A stretch of DNA of 64,000 nucleotides, taken from NCBI GenBank assembly GCA_030141605.1, contig JAQGDQ010000118.1:124001-188000 (forward strand). The letters are read 5' to 3'. Of the stretch, positions 13,851 through 25,800 are shown one piece after another. The stretch's first letter is position 1. Each line of letters begins with the position of its first letter. A program made the position numbers and the translations under genes. Source of the DNA: Tubiluchus corallicola. Its lineage: Eukaryota; Animalia; Priapulida. The notes under the pieces were generated by a model. The model saw nothing but the letters and a program-made list of their open reading frames with translations, was not told the origin of the DNA and searched no databases.

Positions 13851-14838
13851 ATCGCCATTATAATATTTATTAATGCATTACAACATTGTCATTATAGTTC
13901 TTACAGATGCTATTACAGAACTAATTGTACTGCAGTTTGAATTACAAACAGGTGCAATTAGTATCAAATGATCGCACACCACGTTATATACAATAGGTTA
14001 CAATTCAGCATTGTATATACTTTATATACTAATAAAGGGCAGTGTGAATAGCTGAATGGTGTAGGAAACCAATCACATTTTTAATTTTGTTACTGGTAAA
14101 GTCATCATTTTCTAACAGTACCGCAAGGCGATGCAGTGATAAACCAGCTTCCTTCAGGCACAAATAGTTTATCACAAATCTCTCTACTCTGACAACACAT
14201 CATAAACATTTCTTCTTTTTCCGTTTTTTCTTCCCTTTTTTTGTACTTAACATGCCACAAAAAAGTTTTTTTTCAATCGTTTGTGTATTCTTAATTGAAA
14301 GCTACAACTTCAGAAAAGAAGTGAAAATGGTCGTGTTACTGCAAAGACAAGTGAAAGACCAATGACCACGTAGAAGTTAAACCCTTGAAGACCATCTGGA
14401 AAAAACACCGTTTCAGAAAGTGAGCTGGCGACATACAGGACGAGCTAACAAAGGCTATTGCCCCCAATAAGGTCGCATGGAGAGAGAGTGGCCTTATGGA
14501 TTAAGAATTTGGAAATGGCACTTCCTGCAAATCCTGTATATTAATAAAGTTTAACAGCCCACAACCCACACAGGTATGTATTATACCATATAGATTAAAT
14601 ACAGTGTATATACCTGTACGTGGGCTATACCTATACACTAATACATTACATGAACTATTATTATGACCGACCTCTGGCGTACCTCAATTTCTCTAAGTTT
14701 AAGTCGTCCAGACTTACATTCGAAGAACGTGTCACATTGTTTGATAAGCACACCGTCTCCTCCAGCCAGCTTAGCCGCCTTTTCTCGTAGATTTTTAAAG
14801 TCTCTTGCTTTCGCCTTTATTTCAACGTTTGAAGGCAT
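11860..14838 (-). CDS. CYTH / triphosphate tunnel metalloenzyme protein, CyaB (class IV adenylate cyclase)-like, 172 aa, 4 exons
   Basis: Exons 14838-14683, 13026-12925, 12651-12526 and 11994-11860, all phase 0. Translation: MPSNVEIKAKA..QCDTFF..GRLKLRE|GQPAQLIHYERPD..GPK.SDY|..GVVKKERWLYLVGQTRVHCDAVESLGYFMELE|VVL..AYVDL. Carries CYTH motifs (N/E)xExK, QxDxYF-like, LKLR, KxR and ELE. Confidence 0.92.
13726..13820. repeat. Near-perfect foldback (29-bp arms around a TA microsatellite loop), followed by (TA)n
   Basis: ttcggttacatgtatttacttcactgggg ... tcccagtgaagtaaacacatgtaaccgaa, 2 mismatches. Confidence 0.9.
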
Positions 14839-15124
14839 GTTTGAAAACCAGCAGTGAAAACAACGGTTAATTTCACATTAGGTTTATTAAAATGCAACTG
14901 GGTTTATATACGTGCAAATGCCATTCTGCAAAAAGTAAAAAAGGAAGCAATTAAAGTCTGAACATCATGATATTATTCAAAGTTAAAAGATTATTTATTC
15001 ATATCTATAACATGCTTTGAAAAAAATATAATTTTTCGTGAATCCATACATTGATAGCAAATTCACAACTGGCTAGATCAGCTTTAAAAAAACTGTAGAA
15101 AAAAGCAAATTTATGTGTGAAGGA

Positions 15125-15545
15125 TTCAGAAAAAGATCTGTAATTTTTAATCACTAACCAAACCAAACCAAAATAAAGTAAAACATAAAAAACGAAAATA
15201 AAATAAAACAAAAAACAAAGCAAACCAAAGCAAAATAAAATGAGACGAATCGAAACAAGTCAAGACAAAACAAAAGCTATACCCTCAAAAGGAGACAAGA
15301 CGAGACGAGAATGTGACCAGACAAGTGGAAGGTCAGAAAAAGATTTTTAATTTTTAATCACTAACCAAATCAAACCAAAATCAAGCAAAACAAAATAATA
15401 TAAGACGAATCGAAACAAGACAAGACAAAACAACAGCCATACCTTTAAAAGCAGTGAGGACGAGACGAGATGTGACCGGACAAGACGAGATGAAACTAGA
15501 CCAGATCAGACCAGACCACACCAGACCAGACAAAACAAGACAGAA
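15125..15545. repeat. About 207-bp tandem duplication built of pentanucleotide arrays (AAAAC, GAGAC, CAGAC)
   Basis: tcagaaaaagat..aatttttaatcactaaccaaa..gacgaatcgaaacaag..gacgagacgaga recurs at about 15126 and about 15333. Confidence 0.85.
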
Positions 15546-16521
15546 ATGACGTTATGTCTAGATTTACTTTTTGTTCAAAATTAAAAGAAACTTGTGGGCG
15601 TTGGGTCTAGTTTTAAATCAAGAAGATTCTATAAAATGTAAGACGCACAGCATCGGAAATGTTTAGCTGCAGAATGCATTCAGCCAAATGACAGCGTCCA
15701 GACAAAAATCGCATTTTTAAAAGTTAGTATCAATATTAAATAAAGGGTGAAATAGAGGCTGTTTTCCTTACTCTTCAATTTGGAAGGCGCCATTTAATTT
15801 AGCAAGATGTCAAGTATATTAGAACATAGTTAAATTCGAAACGCAGGAAGATGGGTTTAAGGAAAAACACACTGAGTTACACCAATGTGAAAAAGTAGTG
15901 ACAGTGGATCAGATGGAGCTCCGTACCTTATTATTTCGCCAACTTGATATTTACTCAGTGTCATGACTAGTGTCCTAATTATGTCAAACAGGCTTACATG
16001 TTAACGATTTAGCGTAATGATTAGGCCTTAAAATGTTATAAGAAGCCAACGAGCCCATACTGTTATTACTGTAATTCTCAATGCACAGGAAAGTCAGTTT
16101 CTGTTGAACTGTAGCGTTTACACGGGACCTCAGATAATCTTGGAATCTATACGTGAGTAGACGTACTTTATGCATTTCTCTGACTCTGTCTACAACATGA
16201 GCTCTTTTTCAACCTATTGGAAATTGAGAAGTGGAAAACTTCCACGAACTACTACTTCAAAACTATCAGTCCAGCGGCTAGTCTACAAAAAAGAAAAGCG
16301 AATTAAAGCTTCATTTGACACAATGAGTATAACTGGTTGTTTTAAACAGGTTAAGAAGCGTTAAAGCTATGCTAAAAATTAACAAAATTAAGCTTTTTTG
16401 GATGGCACAGTTAATCCTAGTTTTCATGCATTAACCACCCACTGTCTCTCCTTCTCGTTGTCTCTCTTTCCTCCCACATCCCGACTACGTAGTGTCTCGT
16501 TGTCCCTTCCCTTTCTCTATG

Positions 16522-18390
16522 CTGCCGTGCAAAAATAAAGAGCAGTAACTACAGTTTTATCAAAATTGAGATTCTGATGCATTCTTACCAAAACAGATGG
16601 CGCCCTTTCTTGCTATTGTAACGAAATTTCATTTTAAGCAGTAGTTTTTGCGCAATAAGTAACGTCCCATGACAGGTTTTACCAAAATGCACCCCATTAC
16701 AGAATTAAAAAGCAGTAACTACACACGGGTCTGCACAAAAACAGAATTAGCACTTACTGCTCCCTTTTTTCAATTTATATATTCCAAAGTACCTTACTAT
16801 ACAAAAATAAGAAACAGTAACTTTCAGCCGGACTTGCAGTTACTGCTTTCTTTCTCTGTTTCCCTTTAGCCAGTGCGCACTTAACGGCTTGCATGAGTTG
16901 TATAAGCACAACAAATCGATAAAAAGTTTATTAGAAAATGACTTAGAACAAAGGGATTAATGATTCAATTTGGACAAAACTTTATGCCGTTACACTCCAA
17001 GCATGGCATCTGTAAAAAAACTTTTCATGGAACCTTCCCATGTTACCAACACCAAGAAGAGTAATTATATGTTTAACCTAGTAATAGTAGTTTATTAATT
17101 TTGTCTGTCAACAACTTTGCATGAAAATCACTGGTACCGATCACAACTTCAAAAAAATTGACCAAACATGAGCAAGGAGCTAGGACCTCTTTTAATTTAG
17201 GTTTTTGCAGTTGCCCTCTTTCTTATGAAGCTGTATTCCGCAATACTTATTTGCCTTGGCAGTCAGTTCTGCCAGGAGCCCATTCTATTGAAATACTCTC
17301 TTGCAAAAAGATTGAGATACGCGTAATCCACGGCTAAACATTACCCTTATTGTTGTAAGCAACAACCTGCCACTACTGAAACAATATGAATGTATGTTAG
17401 CTCTGCCTACAAAATGCTGAAATAGCAAAATGTAGTGAATTTCAGATAACAAAATTTAAGGTTCCTTTAAAATTACTGCTTTACCGTACAGTTAACTATT
17501 GTTGGAGTTTATTTGTTATTTCTGTGCCTGTCAAATCATGACAAAATGACAAATAGAAGAAAATATTCAAATTTTATGCAAAGTAAATAAAAATTTAAGA
17601 AAAGACATTTACATTTGGCACAAATTGTACAGTGTCTGTTTTGTAAATTATGGGAGAAAGTAATGTATTTTCCGCAAGTATGAGAGAGAAAAGTCCTCTT
17701 GTATGTGTGTACTTATGTATTTAACTTGTGTGTATATTGTTCAAATATATTATACATGTGTATGCAGTTTGCAAATACAATATTTAGATGATAATTGTGA
17801 CTTCAGCAATAAAAACTCATACGGTTTTAATTGTGCACAAAGTTGTTAGCCATTTTTGAGCCGTACTTGGTAATGTTATGCCAAAAGTTAAACTCTTCAC
17901 ATTTCGTATTCTAAATTTTAATTAACACTTTAATTCTACTATTTTTTGGTTCAGTATTAAACTGAATCGTAATCGGCAATGTTAAATCTTTTGTTACTGC
18001 CACAGAACTAAACAGCAGTATCTTCGTACACATTTGTTGTCTAACTGCCATCAAATTCAGATGCAGATACTGCTGTTTAGCTTTGCAGCAAATTTACATA
18101 GACCCCATTGTAAAGCCAACAGAGTAAAAGAGCAGTATCTGCCGAGGCGCTATCAATCTGCCGAGGCGCTATCTGCCGAAATGTATCTGCCGAATCATTT
18201 CAATTTTATTTACAAAACAACGGTTTGGCTTCTTTTATGGCACAAAGGCAGTCAATTATATGCTTATGATGTGTGGAAAGTTTCATCTTCAATGATGGTA
18301 TATTTATTTGGGGTCAGCACTACAAACTTTGATTGCATTTTCCTCAAAAGTAAGAACTTGTAGTTACTGCCATTTATTTTTGCACGGCAG
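16522..18390. mobile_element. Non-autonomous DNA transposon of about 1.87 kb with ~30-bp TIRs
   Basis: Left end ctgccgtgcaaaaataaagagcagtaactaca; reverse complement of right end ctgccgtgcaaaaataaatggcagtaactaca. Flanked by TATG on both sides (16518-16521 and 18391-18394). Multiple subterminal gcagtaact/gcagtatct motifs. No transposase ORF. Confidence 0.85.
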
Positions 18391-18850
18391 TATGCAGACG
18401 CCTCTCTCTGTCCCTTCATACATACATCCACGCACACGTACGCGTTTCTCTCTCTCCTATTCTAACTTTTACTGAATTTGCTTCTGTTAACCTCTTTTTT
18501 CTTTGACGTCTGTATTGTCTTTTGTTGATCGCTCTTTCTCTTCCTCTCTTTCCCTTATTTCTTTCTGTCTTCCTCTTTTTCTACATCTCGGCGTTTCGCT
18601 CGTTGTCCAGTCGTCAAAACCATTAATACTCATTATTAATAATAATAATTATTATTATGACGATAACGTTTACATAGTCAATTGAATGGAGCTAGCTCCT
18701 GTACAGCAATTACTAAGACTCTAATGAGTGTGGGATGTGTATACTGAAACCTAGAAACTGACAATCGGGCAAATTAATAAGACTGAAAGGAAAACTACTA
18801 TGACATACGTATGTATAATCGGTCTTATAATTCTGTAATTTTAACTGTTA

Positions 18851-19340
18851 GTCACGTGACCAGTTACAACCGGTTTACAACAGACAACGTCGATTAATCC
18901 GCGAGAAGTCTACTTTTGTCCAACTCAACTTATGAATTTCCGTTACTTGATCCAATTTATCATTGTGCAACTTGCAAAACTATGTCTAGCTTAAATGCTG
19001 TGTTTCGTTATGTAATTCTACAGGCTTGAGAATGACTAATAAGGCACATTCATTATTGGAACTAGATTTTTGTAGTAGTTTAATATTCGCGTTTGGCGTG
19101 TTACGCCTTTTATGAAAATGGCGTGTCTGCCATTAAAAGAATGAATAGATCGAAAAGACAAGTATGTTGTGTTGTATAGCATTGAAATTTGGAGCGTAAA
19201 CGCGCCTCATTTTATAGAAGATTTAGTTATCTATGCTATTTTAAAGTAGTGGTCTGTGTAATTTAATAGCAGTTGCAATATTTTGGATTTTACTTGCCTC
19301 TTACATTCTTCGGCGTAATTCTCTGTTGTGGCTGACGTCA
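18851..19340 (+). promoter_or_regulatory. Probable Suv4-20 promoter region (CpG-retaining)
   Basis: Palindromic E-box GTCACGTGAC at 18851-18860, YY1-type AAAATGGCG at 19115-19123 and CRE TGACGTCA at 19333-19340, 0.5-1 kb upstream of the ATG. Confidence 0.5.
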
Positions 19341-19881
19341 ATTTAATAGCCGCTTCTCACTGAATGCGTTACCGTAGAGTGACCCCTCTTTTGTGTTATT
19401 TTCTTATTGCAAGAAAGATTACCTTTATAAACTCGATAACAGAAGATAGAACAACAGATTTTTGGTATAAAGCAATTATGAAATTAACGTGATTCACAAT
19501 ACTCGAGCACTACATGGTTGAATCTGGTTGGATTTGTGACGGTTGTGAAAGATGAATAGGGACATTTAAATTGTTTGCAGTGTCGCCACTAGTCAGCAGT
19601 GGCAAGATTGGTAAATTATAGAAATTTTTCAGAAGTGTTTCATTTATTTCCCATAACTTGTACAAGTAATAGTTTATGCCCGCACCAGTTGTGAATGGGA
19701 TAAACTGAACTGTCTGTTCTACGTCAACAAGCAATATTTGTAGGTGGCATTTTGATTAACACTAGAAGAAATGTACAGTACTTCTTAAAACATGTTGGTA
19801 GGGAACCAATAATAATGCAGTAAGACTGTTGAAAAATTAATGTCTAGGTTTTGCAGCAAATGGTGATAGCATAATTCAACA

Positions 19882-22800
19882 ATGCCTCCAAATAATGGCA
19901 TAGCAATATCTCCAAAAGAATTGAGTGAAAATGATGACCTTGCCACTGGTTTGGTGCTTGACCCCTATCTTGGATTCACCACACACAAAATGAGTCCCAG
20001 GTAAGATTACAGCAGTTTTCTTTACATTTTTCTCCGTTTTAGTGCATTTTAACTTTCAGAAATGAGTAGTTTAATAGTAGTGTGTTTTCTTCCCACATGT
20101 TTGGTAGTGGGTTCAATTTCTGACTGTGCCAAACCAAAGATTTAAAAGTGGTGCCGCTAGCTTTTCAACCAAGCATGTGGGTTTGTCAAAGTAACATGCG
20201 GGTGGTAACAAATGTGACTACATTGAGAATAAATGCCTTGAGTTATCTTAGCCATTGTCTATGTCCAAAATAAGGGTGAGACGAAGCTTAAATTCCCGAA
20301 ACCAACTGGAATCTGAAGCTGATTTTTACTTCATTTTCGAAACCGAATCTCACAATTTTGCAGTTTCCGAATCCGAATATTTAATTCACTCTTAATTTAC
20401 AATACCTGATGAATAGTAATTAACACCGGTTTGGTTTTAAATCTTATATATATTTCAATGCATCAAGCATTGAAAGGTCATCAGAAAGAAGAGCTGCAAC
20501 GAATAATAGAAACCTTTATACGAGAACCTTTATACGGAAAAGCATATCAACATATATATATATACATAAGAGTATACAAAACATCTTGTATAATGGACTT
20601 GCTAAAGACAGTAAGTTCAGATTTAGTTTACGCCTTATCTGCAACTCGTTTTGATCTTTATTTATCAGAAAATAATGCTATTACTATTCAAAATGTACTA
20701 TGTATAAATAATTCAGAGAAGTTTTTGGTGTATTTTATGACTACATTTGGAACTAAATTAATAACGTCTAGAAAGTGAAAATAAATTAAATTCAATATCA
20801 CTAAAATATTGTTTGTGTTTACATGCATAATAACTGAAATCTTGTGTGTTAGTCGCATCACTGTTGAAAATATTTAGCATCAGTCGAACACTGTGTTGAT
20901 GAATAATCTATGCAGTGCATAACTTTTACGGAACGTTGTGATTACATAAATGTGTCAACATGTCGAAGCTCACAGCGATTTACTTCTTAAGTGCGGCGAA
21001 CGAACAGGAATTATGAAGACTGCTTCGCAAAATTACAGAACCCAAATCGGATCCGAAGCAGTTAAAGGAAAGCCGGAGCAGATTTGAATCAAAGCTCTGA
21101 ATCTCCGTAAAGAGTGTTTTTTGCTACTGACTTAGTTCAGCCCTAATAATTTAGGCACACATGCTTGCTGTATTTTATTATGGCAAATATTTTTATGGTG
21201 GTTTCATTTGTAGACCTATACAATGCATTTTCTTAAATGTATTACAAGTCTACAATAGTTTTTTAGTAAGTACATGTGTAGAACACTGTAGTAATTTGCA
21301 TGAGCAGTAGCTTGTGTTCAGTATTCCTGTGGCACTTTTTCTAGTTCTAGATTAAGTGTCATACCAGGACCAAGGTCCTGCACAGTGTCACTAAGTACTG
21401 TAATATGAGGTACTTGAATTGGTCATGAAAGTTCTTTTACTGACCTTTACCTTCTAAAGCCGCTTTCAAGCAAATTTTAAAGAAACTATTGTTAAACTTT
21501 TACATACCAGTAAGGCATTGGTGCTTGCTGGTAACACCTCTAGTTTTATCCTGTAAATTATCATATTTGTAGGCATAGAGCATTGAAAGGTCGTCAGAAA
21601 GAAGAGCTGCGACGAATAATAGAAACCTTTATACGAGAGCAAGAGTATGAAAAAGCATATCAACGTATAGTCGATGGAGACTGGGCAAGATCTTTTTTTC
21701 TCACTAAGAGCAAGTCACTTCTGATTAATGCCAAAGAACACGTATGTAAACTGTAATTTAAATGTCCTGATTCCTAGTCAACAGCACTGGTGTGCAATTT
21801 TAAGGGTGTTGTCAATTTGTGAACTTGTCAGCATTTTATTAAGTTAAATCTTAACCTTGAACAACAATTCCGTAACTAAAATTTATGTGAAATATTAAAT
21901 AAATAAAATAAATGCATTAATAAAAGGTCTGTTTGAAATTATAATCTTGCGTGTTTTGTGAAGCAGTTTAGTAGTTTTCTGATTTGGACTGATGAACAGA
22001 GCTTTTGAAATGACAACATTGAACTGTTAATGCTGACAGGCACAATGTTAATTTGTTTTATGTAATATTAGCAGTGTTGATTAGTAATATTTTGGCTCTG
22101 ATTGGTTTGACCAATGAACAAACTGATGCTTTTGATGATCTATGGTTAGAAAGAGATCAAGATCATTGACAGCAGAAAGAAGTGCTTGTGTCATGAATCA
22201 TGTTCGCGATTTCCTAAGTTCTTTAAATTAATAATTACTTTGTACACTTAGTCTTGTGGTATGCTAGAAATCAACTCCGCTCCCCTTCTGTTACTGCAAT
22301 AGTTAACTTTCCATATTTTTTGCTTTCATTTCATATCACGTTGTTCGCCTCATACTATAGTATCATTTAGGCATGTCTATTTTGCTTAAGCTACTTTAAC
22401 TCATTCATTTTCTACAGCATTCTCATATAAATGCCTGGTAATTTTGTTTCTCTTTGTCACTTTATAGAGACTTGTTGTCCATGTTAGCTTTTTTGCTACC
22501 TTAAGTGTTGTGTAAGCTAAGACTAATGATATTTTTCTTTCTAGCTAATGATGACTTTTTCTTTAATGATAGTGTTTTTTTGGAGAGTAAATGTAACTCA
22601 TTGCAGTTGTGTGACAATGTATGAAATGTTTGACTGATTGACTTATTTATTGAAATGTGCTCTGCTGTGTGATTATATTAGAAGTGGTTTTGATATGTGA
22701 TGATAAAACGTGATTATGTTAGTCTATTTACGCTAACGGTCCTTTTTATTTATTGCTATTGATGTGTTGTATGTATTTGCAATTGTTATGTTTAAGTGTT

Positions 22801-25800
22801 ATACTTTATTATAAAGTTTAATGGCCAAGTTATTGGATTGTTGTATTTTTTGTTTATACAGAGTGCTTATGGTAGTAATATAATTACGTTTTGCAGTTCC
22901 TGTTGTTGACCATCTCTTCATTTATGTTCTTCTCTCTAAGGTCTCCGTTTATGCATTCAAACCATCTCAGCTTGGGTCGTCCTCTTTTTCTATTTCCCAA
23001 CACTTCCATTTCCATGGCCTCCCTTCCCACGTGATCTTCCCCGACTCTCCTTCTCAGGTGCCCATACCATCGCAATCTTGCCTCTTGTATCTTTTTCGAG
23101 GCTTCCACTACTTTCACTGTTCCTCTAATATTACTATTTCTGATTTTATCCCTTCTTGTTACTCCCACCATCCATCTCAACATCCTCATCTCCGCCACAT
23201 CCATTTTCTTCTCTTCGGTCTTCTTTAGAGGTGCTGCTTCCAGCCCATATATTAGGGCGGGCCTGACCACTGCTTTGTGAACTTTACCTTTAAGTCTCGC
23301 TGGAATCCTCTTATCGCATATCACACCCGAAACTTTTCGCCAGTTATTCCAACCACACTGAATCCTGAAATTCACCTCCTTTTCCATTCCTGCAGTCTCA
23401 TCTATCATTGAACCCAGATACTTAAAGGTCTTTACTCTTTTCAACTCTGCCCCGTTCAATCTTATTGTTTCTCGTTGATCCCCATTCATGTCTGTCGTAA
23501 GATACTCCGTTTTGGATCTACTAATCCTCATTCCTCTGCTCTCCAAAGCAGCTCTCCATGCTTCTAATTTTCCTTCCAGTGTTTCTCTACTCTCAGCCAC
23601 TATAGCAATGTCATCCGCATACAAAACACACGATGGTGGATTTCCCCTTACACTCTCTGTGATGACATCAAACACTATGTTGAACAGTAGGGGGCTTAGT
23701 GCCGATCCTTGATGTAAGCCGACTTTTACTTGGAAACTGTCTGTTATACCAACTGTACTCCGGACTTTAGTTGTCACGTTCTTGTAGCATTCTTGGACTA
23801 TTCTTACATATTTTTCATATTTTTTTTTCCAAAACTGCTAGCAAAACTCCAAAATTGACAAGCAACAAGCCAATTGCTACTGAAGTTGCTTATTCTTAAT
23901 TCTGACTTCCATGCTCAAGCGAAAAAGGATTGTTTTGAAAAACATTTCAGAGACACGTATTATGTTAAATTGTGAAGTGGGGGGGACCTCTTCTGGTATT
24001 TTATATGGTGTCCAGATAATGAGATTTTTGTTGGATAATATGGAGAATTTATTTTGCCAATTTGTTTCCTAGTTGAAACTGTTATAAATGTAGCACCACA
24101 TTTTTTGCGTTCTGCCATATTTTGTGTTTTCTCAAGCCCTTTTTAGTTGCTTTTGAAGGTGATAAATATTTTTCGTATTTTTAAGCTTCATATCCTATTT
24201 GTTTACAAACAAATATTTGTCATCAATGTATTTTGCAGATAATGCACTATCTCAGGGTGTTTGATTCGAATGCTGGGTTCCAGATTAATCCTTGTCATCG
24301 TTATACGTTAGAAGATGCGGGCGGAAAGGTCTGTGCTTCTAAGCAATGGTAAGTTAAACTGTTTGAGCCTTGATCATCAAAAATGTCTGATTTTAATTGA
24401 AAATTTGTGTTGATGTCCACTTTTAAGAAATTAGTAGTAGGGTATTTTGTAAAAATGCAAAGAAAGGCATGTTGGTTAAATTGCTATTTGCCTAGTGGCA
24501 AGGTGCATTTTACTTTTCAGCTTAACATTTACTAGCAAAGAAATATACTGTGAAGGTGCTGTGTTGAGATTTACAGAATTCATTACATTTAAAGCACGCA
24601 CTATTGTAAAACATTGTTATTTTTCAAATGAAAGTAATCTTTGGTGGACTGTAAGCAATTAAGCTGATAATACGCCTCAGGTATTTACACAGCATCATTG
24701 AAACAAAGCGCAGTATTATAATTGTAGGAGTAACAAAAAGCATGATGCAAATCAAAGGAAAGTATGAGAAACAAACAGAAGACAAGAGAAAGGAAGATTA
24801 TTTTAGTTGGCCAGGGGAAGGGCCAGACCTTTTGGTAGCACCAGTAAAATTTTGAACTACATTAAATACAAGAACATTTTAGTCGTAATTAGATAATGCA
24901 CTGCCAGGTAAGATGCCCTGAATTCGTGGAATTGATGTTGATTGCAATGATATTGGAAGCTTACAAATTGTCAAAATTGCATTGCAGTTGTTCTCTGCTT
25001 GCTGCATACGAAATGTACTATTGTGTTCTAATAAATTTTGCACATAATGAGTTGTTTCCATATCTAAATTTCAATAGTAAGTGGTTACAGTAGAATAAAT
25101 TTTGCTAATAATCCCATTGAACATAGTGATCCAAATATGTATAGTTTTGCTCATGCCTGTATTTATACTTTGAGAAAAGTCATTACTAATACTATTTGTC
25201 ATGCAAAAACTGATAATAAATAAAATATCTCTACTTATTGTGCTGCGTAAGCCATTTAGATGAAGTTATAATAAATATGTATTAATATTATGCTATATAT
25301 ATACATTAACATAATACAGATTACATTTTTGAATCGGAAGCTCATCATTTTTACGTTAGTCGCTAGTGAAGTAACTTGTTTGCCTTGGGTCTTATTATTG
25401 GCATTAATGTAATGCAAAGCCCTGCCGTTTAATCATTGAGAGACAAGCAAAGCGTTTGCTAAATGTTCATAAAAACTTTGATAGCCGCAAACATTGCAAT
25501 TCATGTCAAAAGTTTAATCTCAAAAGCTCTTAGCATATCATTCATTCTAAGGCTTTCTGAGACGTTCACGGGCAATAAATGTAGATCTAGTTAAGTCATG
25601 TATCACATACGTACATCCCATTTTAGAAAACGCAGTTGCCGTTTGGCATTGTAGTATTTGCTGCTTCACTACAATCTAAATAACTTGAAAAATTTCAAGA
25701 AAGGGTGTGCACAATAATACTAAAAGATAATTTTAGGATGTATTAAAATGCACTTGCTGATTTAAAAGTAGAATTACTCAAAGAACAGCAAATTAAATTG

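Noticed and set aside
23031-23712. Plus-strand ORFs overlapping the RTE, and similar antisense ORFs over the GPCR, Suv4-20 and AUTS2 exons
   Set aside because: Shadow frames of real coding sequence on the opposite strand.
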